Source of the DNA: a bacterium
Lineage (GTDB): Bacteria > SAR324 > NAC60-12
Assembly: GCA_965205865.1 (NCBI GenBank)
Contig: CBDBHR010000030.1
Location: 768,001 to 832,000 of the forward strand
DNA: 64,000 nucleotides
Reading direction: 5' to 3'
Shown: positions 32,360-43,044 of the stretch, piece after piece
Layout of the letters: each line of letters starts with the position of its first letter
Numbering within the stretch: the stretch's first letter is position 1
Notes under the pieces: generated by a model
Databases searched by the model: none
What the model was told of the DNA's origin: nothing
What the model saw: only the letters and a program-made list of their open reading frames with translations
Position numbers and translations under genes: made by a program

Positions 32360-35300
32360 CTAACCAGCACGGGTGGGGAGCAGTTTTTCGTCCACTGTAT
32401 CCACGCACGCACTCCCATTCGCCGAGTACCAGCCCCAGCAGGTGGGCCGCATTTCGTTGTCGTCCGCGTCGTAGAGGGTCGCCACCACTGTCTCCCCGGC
32501 ACCCAACCCGTCAAAGCTCAGCGAACTCGGAGACGGTTCGTTCCTCGCCACTAGCCCAACCACGTCCATATTGAGCGAACTCGAGAGGGTCGCCTCAGCC
32601 ACCGCGACGGCTGTTACCACGCAGTTCGCGTCCACGGTCGCCTTCGTGGCGTTGTTGGACGTCCATAAAAAGGCATATCCCGGACATCTCCTCGCCCTCG
32701 CTGTCTACGACGCACGCTGAGTAGGCCACGGTGTCTCCCCCCTGCGCCCATTCCTTGTGTCCTCGGCGCTGATCTCCACGCTCAGAGCACTCTGTTACGG
32801 TTCCGATACCGTGAACGCTAAGGATCCCGATCAGTTGTTCGTCGTGTCCGATTCACCCGCAACCGCTTCCACGCAGGCCCCGTAGTAGTACGTGCCAGCC
32901 GTCGACGGCGCGTACAGGTCGATCCCCTCCGAAACCTGGCTCGAAGGGACCAACGCAGAAACTTCGTCGGTGCCGACCTCCGTGTCCGACACGGAGATCG
33001 TTGCGTCCGTCGATCGGTAGTATCGCAACGTCGTGGCATCAGAATTCGCGTCTCCATAGTTTCGAACGGTTGCTGAGAATTGGATGCGAGTTCCAGGACC
33101 AACGCCGCCAAGAGGGGTCCCCGCGATTACCCCAACGATCCTCAAGTCCGGCTGCCCCGTTGACTCCTCCTCCACAGCGATTGTCACTGATGACGAACAG
33201 TTGTTCGTGGTGTCCGACTCGTCCGTCACCGCTTCCACGCAAGCCCCGTAATAGTACGTGCCCGCCGTCGAGGGCGCGGTCAGCAAGATCGACTCGGCGC
33301 TCGTCCCTGAGGCAGCCAATGCCCCCACCACGTCCGTGCCGACCTGGGTGTCCGACGAAGAAATCCTCGAATCGGTCGAACTGTAGTAGCGCAGCGTCGA
33401 CGCCGTAGATTGCTTGTCGCCGGCGTTGCTCACTGTCGCCGACAGCGTGAACGATTCGCCCGTGTTCAAATTGCCGTCGTCCACCGATGCCGACACTACC
33501 AGGTCCGGTTGCGGCTCCGGCACCGTCACCCCCACCGACCGCGAACAGTTGTTTGCCCTATTGGACTCCCCCGCCACAGCGTCCACGCACGCGCCGTAAT
33601 AGTACGTTCCGGGTGCCGTCGGCAAGCGCTCGCTATGCACCTCGGCGAAGCGGCTCGAAACGGCGAGTTGCGGTACCGCGTCGGTGCTCACCTGCGTGTC
33701 GGACGTCGTGATTGTCGCGTCCGTCGACAGGTAGTATCGAACCGTCGTAGTCGCTGACGTTGCATCCCCAACATTAGCCACCCGCTGGTTCAAATGGACG
33801 AGTGCTCCCGGAGACGTTTCGAGAGTAGGGCCGAGTGTGATGGTGAAAGAGTCGACTATCAGGTCGGGCTGGAGCTCCGACTCCGGTTCCGTCAACGTGA
33901 CCTGCACCGATGTCGAGCAGTTGTTAGTCGTGTCGGACTCTTCCGTCACGGCGTCCACGCACGCCCCGTAGAATATATTCCGGGGTTCGACGGTACCGTT
34001 AAAGAAATCGTCGCCCCGTAGCCACCCGAAGGAACAAGCGTATTCACCACGTCCATGCCCACCGCCGTGTCGGAGGTGGTGATCTCTGCGTCCGTCGATC
34101 GGTAGTACCGCACCGTTGTCGCTGAGGACCTCTGAGCGCCCTGGTTGTGCACTGTCACAATTAGCGCAAACGACTCACCCGCGGCCAGACTGCTGTAGCT
34201 CACATTTGGCCCCAGCACAACCAAGTCCGGAGCCTGCTCCGGCGGCAGGGTGCCCTGTTCCGGAGGCGGGGTATCATGCACCGTGACCTGAACCGATGCC
34301 GAGCAGTTGTTGGTCCTGTCTGACTCTCCCGCCACTGTGTCCACACACGCTCCGTAGAAATGCGTTCTCACAGTTGCCGTCACCGAGATTGACTGTTCGC
34401 TATTCCCCGACGCCGACAGTTCACCCACTGCGTCCGTCCCCACTTCCGTGTCCGAGATCGTGATCGTCGCATCCGTCGAGCGGTAATAGCGCAGCGTCGT
34501 CTCCGACGATTTTCCGTCACCCGCGTTGCTCACCGTCGCCGACAAAGTGAAACTCGCTCCCGTTTCCGGAGTCGTGTTGTCCACCGATGGTGACGCTACA
34601 AACAGGTCCGGAGTAGGCGATTTGCCGGATTGTGCGGACTGACCCTCATCATCAAGACCCCAGCATGTCACGGTACCCGTAACGCGGACAGCACAGGTGT
34701 GCTCCCTTCCGGCACTGACCGTGATGAAAATGCCCGCAGGAGGCGTGGACTGACCCACGTCATCGAGACCCCAACATGCCACGGCACCCGTATCGAGAAT
34801 TCCGCAGGTGTGCTTACTTCCGGCACTGACCGTGGTGAAGGTGCCCGCAGGCGGCGTGGACTGACCCACGACATCAAGACCCCAACATGCCACGGCACCC
34901 GTATCGAGAATTCCACAGGTGTGTTCCGCCCCGGCACTGACCATGGTGAAGGTGCCCGCAGGCGGCGTGGACTGACCTTCGTCATCAAGACCCCAACATT
35001 CTACGGCGCCCGTGTCGAGAATTCCACAGGTGTGTTCCGCCCCGGTACTGACCATGGTGAAAGTACCCGCAGGCGGCGTGGACTGACCCTTGTCATTGAG
35101 ACCCCAACATGCCACAGCACACGTGTCGAGAATTCCACAGGTGTGTTCCGCCCCGGCACTGACCATGGTGAAGGTGCCCGCAGGCGGCGTGGACTGACCC
35201 TCGTCATCAAGACCCCAACATTCCACGGCACCCGTGTCGAGAATTCCACAGGTGTGTTCCGCCCCGGCACTGACCATGGTGAAAGTACCCGCAGGCGGCG

Positions 35301-35538
35301 TGGACTGACCCTCATCATCAAGACCCCAGCATGCCACGGCGCCCGTGTCGAGAATAGCGCAGGTGTGATCCGCCCCGGCACTGACCATGGTGAAGGTGCC
35401 CGCAGACGGCTCGACGGAAAGCGCTTCCCCTCCACCATCTTCGTCACCGCCTCCACCGCAGGCTGCCAGGATCAGTGCCACCAAAAAGGTGAGGCATAAC
35501 GAAAACAATTTATTCGGTTTCATTTTTATTAGATGCAT
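32360..35538 (-). pseudogene. surface lipoprotein with RCC1-like repeats and multiple CARDB/Ig-like domains, disrupted
   Basis: lipobox LAAC; VSAGAEHTCGILDTGAVACWG repeats; PDL..TVSNAG..YYYGACVDAVAGESDTTNNCS domains; frameshift near 33975, stop at 32831. Confidence 0.85.
34636..35405 (-). repeat. seven 108-bp coding tandem repeats (36-aa RCC1-like blades)
   Basis: near-identical DNA units encoding AGTFTMVSAG..CWGLDDEGQSTPP. Confidence 0.9.
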
Positions 35539-35622
35539 AATTTCACCCCACTTTGAACATATGGAAATGGTAATATACTCAAATAGTTAACACCAGAATC
35601 AACATTTTAAGAGATCACCATT

Positions 35623-36100
35623 TTGATGAAAAACAAAGGTAGCACAAGATCGGCAAGAACATCAGCAAAAAACATTCATATCAGCCAGGGAGGCAGAGAA
35701 CTGACTGCGCAAGCAGGCTTGATTCCGGTTGTCAAATTTTTTCACAAAGAAGGGATTTTTTCAAAGACAGAGCAGACCATAGACCATCAGCGTGGTGCCA
35801 CGGATCTTTATGACGCGGTGGACATGGTCATTTTGTCGGTGATCGGCATTGTTGGTGGCGCCCGTTCGATTCGTGCGATTGTGACGGTTTGGAACGACTG
35901 TGTTTTGAGTCGTGCGGCCGGATGGCTGAGGATTCCGGATGAAAACGCATTCGGTCGCATACTGCGTACCTTCACAGAGAAAAACATCAATGAAATGGAG
36001 AGCTTGAATCATCGGATTCGAGGCGGCATCTGGCGCAAGGCGCTTCGAAGTGCTAAAAGCAACGTTGGGGTGTTGCCCCGTCTTGTGATTGACGGAAAGT
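35623..36100 (+). pseudogene. IS1380-family transposase N-terminal fragment
   Basis: LTAQAGLIPV, IPDENAFGRILRTF, RLVID; ends at a REPIN. Confidence 0.7.
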
Positions 36101-36178
36101 GGTCAGGCCTTTGATTAAATGAAAAGGGGGCAAAAAAACTGGACTCGTTCCTAATCAAATAATCAAAGGCCTGACCCC
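36101..36178. repeat. GGGGTCAGGCC-type REPIN/MITE
   Basis: GGTCAGGCCTTTGATTA..TAATCAAAGGCCTGACCCC. Confidence 0.85.
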
Positions 36179-36238
36179 TTTTATGCCAGCCTTGCCTCTC
36201 TACTTTTCGAGATACCCAGAGAGACGAAAGAAGATGAG

Positions 36239-36370
36239 GTGTCATGGCGCAATCTGATAGGCCGACGGGACGTCATAGCGCATAGGCTGTTGACGGTTGA
36301 CGACGAACAGGTCTACAGGGAAACGGTACGTGATTTTCGCTCCCTGCATCAACTTCTTTCGAAGATCCAC
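36239..36370 (+). pseudogene. HEPN (DUF86/HepT-like) toxin C-terminal fragment
   Basis: WRNLIGRRDVIAH (Rx4H)..VDDEQVY. Confidence 0.6.
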
Positions 36371-36533
36371 TTTGCCCCCATCAAATCTGACCTCCCTCCT
36401 TTTTGCTCATCAAGAAACCTATTGAATTCATCTGGAGAAATGTATTCACTCATTTTTTAGTGTCTTCTGATAGTTGGCACCACATTCGAGGCTTGCCTAA
36501 ACAAAGTATAAGCAAGTCTCCATTGGTGCTTTG

Positions 36534-37837
36534 TCAGGTATTTTTGTCATCAATTTTAGTCTTTTTTAATTTCTTAGGATCAATTTCCATAGATGAATCA
36601 CCAGCCTTCAATTTTACCGAAGAAGCAGAGCCAAATAAAGCAGAAGCTAGCTGATCTGCCGGGTGTTCAAGAGGTTCTGATTTTTCTCCCTCTTTGACGA
36701 ATAAATTTCTTGAGAGGTCATCAAGCAACTCTGTTGGAATGGCAGTTCCTTTGGCGTCCTTCCATTCCAAACTGGATTCAACCAGCCAACTTGCTCGCTC
36801 CATATCCAATGCAAACTGCTTGAGTTGGAATTCAGATGCTGAATGCTGTTCAAACCAGCGGTTCTGCCACTTGATAAAATATAAAATAGAACCAACAGCA
36901 CCGGCTGAGTAGATAAATTGCTTTATGCCTGCAATGATAATTTTCGTGTATTCCGAATCTTGCAAAACCTCATAGAATTCAACGCCCGATACTACTCCTA
37001 AGATTATAAAGATTGAGATTAACACCAGCATTGTAAGGGTAATGGGTGTTCGGAGTTTATTAGTACCCTCAGTTAATGAAAATTTTTCCTGCTGGGATTT
37101 AATCTCCCTTAGAATGTCTTTTCTGATTTCGCGTCTAACATACGTATTGTCGCGGTCATCCAGTTCTTTTCGCAGTTTTTTAAGCTCATCACTTTTGTGA
37201 TCAATTTTTTTCGATTTTCTTCGATTTGAGTTTCAAGATTATGCCCTTTATTTACATACTCTTCCTCCAGGTTTGATTTTTTCTTCGAGTACTGTTCTTC
37301 TAAACTTTCTATTTTCTTTGAGTGCTCTTGGTCCAGATTTATCCGATAAGTGTGAGTTTTGTTAACTAACGATTCATTGAGGGCTTGCAGCCTTTCCAAA
37401 GTGGCAGTATGAATTGCCTCCAACTGCGTCTGTTCTGGCGATAAGCTGCCAACGGAGCGAGATGGATGAACAGCAATAAGAGATTTAGAAACTAAAACGG
37501 CCAATTTTAATCTCTGATCTAAATTACCTTGGTTCCCGCTGCTAAATGTAACTTCATCATAAAACGGCGATTTTTGTTGAGATTGACCACCACGATTAAA
37601 GGTTATGCTAAATCCATCTATGTTAATGGTAGCACTTGCAATTAAACACGTATCACTTTTCTCCAAATAGGAGATGGTGTCATTCTTTTCTCTTAAATCA
37701 AAACTAAGGATGTTTTCGAAGCCAATTGCGTAAATGTTACAAGTTGCGCTTCTATGTAAATCCATTATCTTACGAAAGCATGTGATTATTGCTTTATCTC
37801 GCTGTTTAGGGACATGCAAGAATAGCTGATTGGCCAT
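36534..37837 (-). pseudogene. AT-rich coiled-coil plus transmembrane hypothetical protein split by a frameshift
   Basis: two collinear ORFs 37109-37837 and 36534-37031; coiled coil continues across the break. Confidence 0.55.
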
Positions 37838-37952
37838 AAAACTCCCTTATCTGACTGATATGATACCTACACAACCAAGTTCACCGGGTCGGCAGGCCAA
37901 AGTGAATGAATATTTGAAACGTGAAAAAAAGCTGAACAAAGAAAACCCATTT

Positions 37953-38170
37953 TAGAACCTGTTTAAAAATTAGTTGATCTCTATTTTCAAGATGTTCCAT
38001 AAAAACAAGGAGTGGCAATGGAACGCATAGGATATAGCACGGATTTAAGCGATAAACAATGGTTAACCATAGAACAGTACTTTCCCGAACATTCAGGCCG
38101 AGGTCGCAAACGCAAGTGGGAATTACGCTTAGTTCTCAATGCCATCCTCTATGTGGTCTATACGTGTTGA
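37953..38170 (+). mobile_element. IS5-family left end and transposase N-terminus
   Basis: TAGAACCTGTTT end; MERIGYSTDLSDKQW..GRGRKRK..VLNAILYVV. Confidence 0.75.
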
Positions 38171-38516
38171 CAAAAGCGAAACATAAGAAAACAGCGGCTT
38201 GAGTGCGGGGCAATTTCTATTGGGACTTATTCCCTTTCTTCCTATCATTCAGTGCTGCACCAAATGGATCTGAGTCGTGGTATTTCGAACTTGTTATAAA
38301 TCCATGTTTTCAAATCGATGGTGTCGACTTTAATATCACATATCATCGTATATGATTTGTGCTGCATACACATATCGAGGTCAATTTGTTCAGCACTTGA
38401 AAGGTATTTGGTGACAGTGTTAAAGATTACGATGCCTGCGTATTGTTCCGCGGCACACTCGGTTTCTCTTGTCACCGGAGATGGGGTACTTATTCCGTTG
38501 AGTTTTACAATCAGAA

Positions 38517-38598
38517 GGGGGTCAGGCCTTTGATTAAATGAAAAAGGGGGCAAAAAAACTGGACTCGATCCTAATCAAATAATAAAAGGCCTGACCCC
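38517..38598. repeat. GGGGTCAGGCC-type REPIN/MITE, complete
   Basis: GGGGTCAGGCCTTT..AAAGGCCTGACCCC. Confidence 0.85.
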
Positions 38599-38608
38599 AT
38601 TTTTTCAA

Positions 38609-39253
38609 TTGGGGATCATGTCGATCCTTATCGGGCTCGTGATCGCCCTGCCCATCGGCATCTACTCGGCCATACGCCAGGATAACGCCTCCGATTATGC
38701 GGGGCGTTCCCTGGCTATCATCGGTCTGTCTACCCCGGATTTCTGGCTGGGAACGATGGTGATGGTTTTCCCCGCCATCTGGTGGAACTGGTCGCCCCCG
38801 ATGGAACTGATTCGATTCTCCGAAGACCCCCTGGGGAATCTGGGGATGTTTCTCATTCCCAGCCTGATTGTGGGAACCTACCTGGCGGCAACCACCATGC
38901 GGATGACCCGTGCGATGATGCTGGAAGTGCTGCGGCAGGACTATGTCCGCACCGCCTGGTCCAAGGGGCTCAAAGAGCGGCTCGTAGTGATGAGACATGC
39001 CGTCAAGAATGCCCTTATCCCGGTCGTGACCCTGATCGGCATGCAGTTGCCGATCATGGTCGGGGGTTCCGTTATCATGGAGAACATCTTTAACCTGCCC
39101 GGGTTAGGGCAACTGATGTGGCTAGCCCTGCAAGACCGTGACTACCCGGTGATCTCCGGCGTCAACCTGATTTTCGCCACCATGGTGGTGCTGGCCAATC
39201 TCCTGATTGACCTGATCTATCCCTATTTGGACCCGAGAGTCAGGTATAAATAA
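38609..39253 (+). pseudogene. DppB-like permease, 5'-truncated, cassette 4
   Basis: begins at LGIMSILIGLVIALP; N-terminal third missing next to the REPIN. Confidence 0.85.
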
Positions 39254-39298
39254 ATCGGGGCGTCACTCGACTCTAACGTATAAGAGGAATGAACAAAT

Positions 39299-39768
39299 AT
39301 GAGTGAAGTGTCGGATAATCCAACTGCAGGGAGAGAACCCAAGCGGCAATCCAGGCTGTTAGAATTCTTTAGCCGTCTGATCAAGGAAAAGCCCCTGGGG
39401 GCGATTTGCGGGATGGTCATTTTGGTTTTGATTGTGGTCACCCTCTTTGCCGATGCGCTGGCACCTTATCCCTTTGCAGACGGGGTCCACCTGGCAGACC
39501 GGCTGACGGGGTCCTCAACCAAATATCTCTTAGGAACCGATTATTTGGGGCGAGACTTCTTGAGCCGTCTGATCTATGGTGCGCGGGTTTCATTGCTGGT
39601 TGGTCTGGCTGCGACCGCACGATTGTCGTTTACTCCCTCAACATGTTCGGCGACGCCATGCGGGACCTGCTCGACCCGAGGCTGCGGGGTGGTCAGGGCA
39701 GTTATGGCGCTGCAAAGAGGAAACGCAAACGAGGATTCCTGGCCAGATTGATCAACCCCTTCTCTTAG
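39299..39768 (+). pseudogene. DppC-like permease with large internal deletion, cassette 4
   Basis: VGLAAT joined out of frame to TIVVYSLNMFGD near 39620. Confidence 0.85.
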
Positions 39769-39839
39769 AAGGAAACTATTGGCCTCGTGCCGGGACTACA
39801 ATAGATCTGATCACAAAATTTTAGCCGGGATCGATATCT

Positions 39840-40733
39840 TTACTCTTGAAGGAGAGCACGCAACCGTTCGACTTCCGCAAGCGCGTTTTCTTTTTCTTGT
39901 CGCTCTTTTTCTTTTTGTTGGCGCTCTTGTTCTTCTCTTTGCAAGGCGTTTTCTTTTTCTTGTCGCTCTTTTTCTTTTTCTTGTCGCTCTTGTTCTTCTC
40001 TTTGCAAGGCGTTTTCTTTTTCTTGTCGCTCTTGTTGGAAGCTTTTCAAGAGGAACGGCTGGTAGAGGGGATCATCGATTAATTTTTCAAAGGCCACCTG
40101 TTTTTCTAAATCCTGAAGACGAAATGCGAATCGATCCAAGACCCGGGAATGAATCACGCCGGGCTCTTTGCTCTTCATCTTTTCATAAACCCCCTGCTCA
40201 TTGAGAGCATAGAAGGCGGTATGCTTGCGCAAACGGTCTAATATAAAATATTCCGCTACCTCCGCTTTGGCGTATTCTTCTTTTTTGTGAACCGTATCCC
40301 GTTCCACCTCCGAGGGAGTCGAGTCGGATAAAAACTCTATACAGAGGTCACACACCCCATCAAACGAACGATCCAACTGTTTGGCCTCGACAGGATTGGA
40401 GTGAAGAATCACGGCCAGATCCGGTTTGCGAATACTCACCTTTTTCTTTCCCAGTTCCAAACGAAAGCCCATTTCCAATGCCATGATTCGCCCTTGAGGG
40501 AAGACGGTTAAATATTCTTCTAATAAGCGCAAGAACCATTGATACAGAGAGATGCTTAAAAAATCTGGCATGGGCTTTTCCTCCAAGAGTCCATTGTTCC
40601 ATTCATATTGACAATCCGGGTGTTCATAGTAGGTCTTCCAATACTCTGCCTCACTCACCCTGAGGGGCTCCCTGGCAGAGGGAGGAAAGCGTGTTGGAGT
40701 TGTGTGTTTTTTGATGGATTCTAAAGAAGCCAT
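39840..40733 (-). CDS. Uma2-family endonuclease-like protein, second copy
   Basis: near-identical to 10497-11348; tail 14 aa longer. Confidence 0.85.
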   Translation of the reverse strand: MASLESIKKHTTPTRFPPSAREPLRVSEAEYWKTYYEHPDCQYEWNNGLLEEKPMPDFLSISLYQWFLRLLEEYLTVFPQGRIMALEMGFRLELGKKKVSIRKPDLAVILHSNPVEAKQLDRSFDGVCDLCIEFLSDSTPSEVERDTVHKKEEYAKAEVAEYFILDRLRKHTAFYALNEQGVYEKMKSKEPGVIHSRVLDRFAFRLQDLEKQVAFEKLIDDPLYQPFLLKSFQQERQEKENALQREEQERQEKEKERQEKENALQREEQERQQKEKERQEKENALAEVERLRALLQE

Positions 40734-41140
40734 GAGGTCCTCAATGGGAATGAGAAGTGAAATTTGTCGTCTTTTCAAAAGAATAACACATTGGGCGGAG
40801 GACTGCAATTTCTTGCGTCGTCTGTTCAGCAGGGAATCTGAGAAAAGATATTTGATAGAGTTGCTCGCAATGACTAATTCTGCTTCTCAAATTAAACAGA
40901 ACCACTGCCCTAAAAAACCCCCCCCCCCAAAAAATAATCCAAAGTGCATATTTATCTTGATTTCATGATGATGATAATTCATACTTTGTGCCATAGGATT
41001 GCCGGAGAAAGAGATAAAATGAAAAAAATTATCTCTTGCCGGGAATCTTTTGTTCCTCATCCGGGCGTTCGAGCACCCGTTCTTTCGATGGGCTCAATGG
41101 CTGGGTGAAGTATTGTCAATCTCTTGTATAAGGAGTTATC

Positions 41141-42943
41141 ATGGACATGTATTTCAAGCAACTTTTTGCCCCTCTCGTGGGGCTGAACCCGGCAGGCGTT
41201 TGGTCTGCTGCAAAACTGCAATCTTTATTGCTCACCCTCACCCTGATGGTGACAGCCTTTTGGGTCAGTCCGGTTGCCGCCCAGAAGTATGTGACCGATC
41301 CCAGCACAGGTAAGGTCGTGACCGCTCCGGAGTATGGCGGGACATTGACCTTCGTCCGAAAAGAAGAGCCGGCGGGTCCTGACACCGTGGTCTCTGGCGT
41401 ATGGGCGCAAGCTTACGCCGCTGGCGTTTCAGAGAAGCTGGTCATGGCTGACTGGGCAACGCCCAGGGACGAATTTGACTTCCAGTATCTCAACCCTCCA
41501 ACAAACACGAAAGGGGCGCTGGCGGAAAGCTGGTCGCAGCCCGACCCCCTGACGTATATCGTCAAAGTCCGCCAGGGCGCGCATTGGCACAAGAAAGCCC
41601 CCATGAATGGCAGAGCGGTGACCGCCGAGGATATCGTGATCAACTATCACCGCATATTGGGGATGGGCAGCGGTTTCACCGAACCGAGCGAATTTGCTAA
41701 TCAATTCAAAAATGCGCAAATGGAATCGATCACGGCCACCGACAAATCGACGGTTGTTTTTAAGCTGAAGCAGCTACACCTCGGTGCGCTGAATGCGATC
41801 CTCAATGGCAACATCGCCTGGATCTACCCCCCCGAGGTCCTCGAGGAACACGGGGACGTGACGGATTGGAAGAACCTGGTCGGCACCGGACCGATGATGC
41901 TGACGGACTGGACCAAAAGCAGCTCTATCACCTGGAAGAAGAATCCGGACTACTGGGGGTACGACGAAAAATACCCGCAGAACCGCTTGCCTTATATTGA
42001 CCAGTTAAGGGCCCTGATTATGCCGGAAACGGCAACACAACTGGCAGCAATACGCTCGGGTAAGGTTGATTACATAGGTCCGATCGGCGCAGCTCAAATG
42101 AGGACGCTCGACCAGGTAGAGAGCCTCCAGCGGACCAACCCCGAACTCGTGATATATCCATTTTACAATCGGTCGGATAATGGTATTGGTATGAACGTTC
42201 AGATAAAGCCCTTTGACGACATCAGGGTGCGCAAGGCCATGCAGATGGCGCTGAATCTCGAGGAGATCAACAACGCCTACTATAAGGGTTTTGCCGATAT
42301 GACACCTCAGGGGCAGCTAAACCGTTCTTTTACAGAGGTTGTCACTCAATTTGAAGATTGGCCAGCAGAGGTCAAGAAAGTCTTTGACTACGACCCGGAA
42401 GGGGCGAAAAAACTTCTGGCAGAAGCGGGCTATCCCAATGGCTTCGAGTCTGTGTTGATGCACATCGAGCGCTACGATTTGAACTATGTCCAATTACTCG
42501 CTTCCTATTGGAAAAAGATTGGCGTTGATGTGGAGATTGATGTACAGCCAGTAGCTGCATTCGTTGCTAAAAGAAGCGCCAGGGATTTCGAAATGGTCAA
42601 TGCGGAAGCGGCCGGGCGTGGATCCCCATTGGGATGGCAAAGTCGCTATACGCCGGGCGTCCCATGGGGCAGCTCCAATGTCGACGACCCGGTTTATACA
42701 GCCAAGTTTGAAGCCGGCGGAGCCGCTACCACCATCGAGGAGCAGAACAGGATAGCTGGAGAGTTGAATCAATTTGGGATCGAGAAGTTTTGGACGATAT
42801 GGGGTCCGATGGCTCCACAGTATCTGGCGATCCAGCCGTGGATCATAGGTTTTAACGCTGAACTGAATTTGGGAGAGGGTCAATATAACACCATCTTCAC
42901 CCGCCTCTGGATTGACCAGGAATTGAAGGATAGGACCCAGTAA
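41141..42943 (+). CDS. family 5 substrate-binding protein, cassette 5
   Basis: PEYGGT, LAESW, GTGP, KNPDYW, PFDDIRVRKA, LLAEAGY. Confidence 0.9.
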   Translation: MDMYFKQLFAPLVGLNPAGVWSAAKLQSLLLTLTLMVTAFWVSPVAAQKYVTDPSTGKVVTAPEYGGTLTFVRKEEPAGPDTVVSGVWAQAYAAGVSEKLVMADWATPRDEFDFQYLNPPTNTKGALAESWSQPDPLTYIVKVRQGAHWHKKAPMNGRAVTAEDIVINYHRILGMGSGFTEPSEFANQFKNAQMESITATDKSTVVFKLKQLHLGALNAILNGNIAWIYPPEVLEEHGDVTDWKNLVGTGPMMLTDWTKSSSITWKKNPDYWGYDEKYPQNRLPYIDQLRALIMPETATQLAAIRSGKVDYIGPIGAAQMRTLDQVESLQRTNPELVIYPFYNRSDNGIGMNVQIKPFDDIRVRKAMQMALNLEEINNAYYKGFADMTPQGQLNRSFTEVVTQFEDWPAEVKKVFDYDPEGAKKLLAEAGYPNGFESVLMHIERYDLNYVQLLASYWKKIGVDVEIDVQPVAAFVAKRSARDFEMVNAEAAGRGSPLGWQSRYTPGVPWGSSNVDDPVYTAKFEAGGAATTIEEQNRIAGELNQFGIEKFWTIWGPMAPQYLAIQPWIIGFNAELNLGEGQYNTIFTRLWIDQELKDRTQ

Positions 42944-43044
42944 TAGGCCGACTGGAAGCACTCGTGGACCGGGCAGTACTGCCCGGTCTACTCCAGGATA
43001 CCCCGCGTTTCCCCGCCCATTGCAAAAATGATGAGGTCTGTCCC

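Noticed and set aside
34636-35405. Regular repeats as a CRISPR array
   Set aside because: Contiguous 108-bp in-frame coding units with no unique spacers, and no cas genes in the window
10497-40733. Uma2 pair as a DGR template/variable repeat
   Set aside because: No reverse transcriptase in the window; differences are repeat-number changes and mixed substitutions across whole genes
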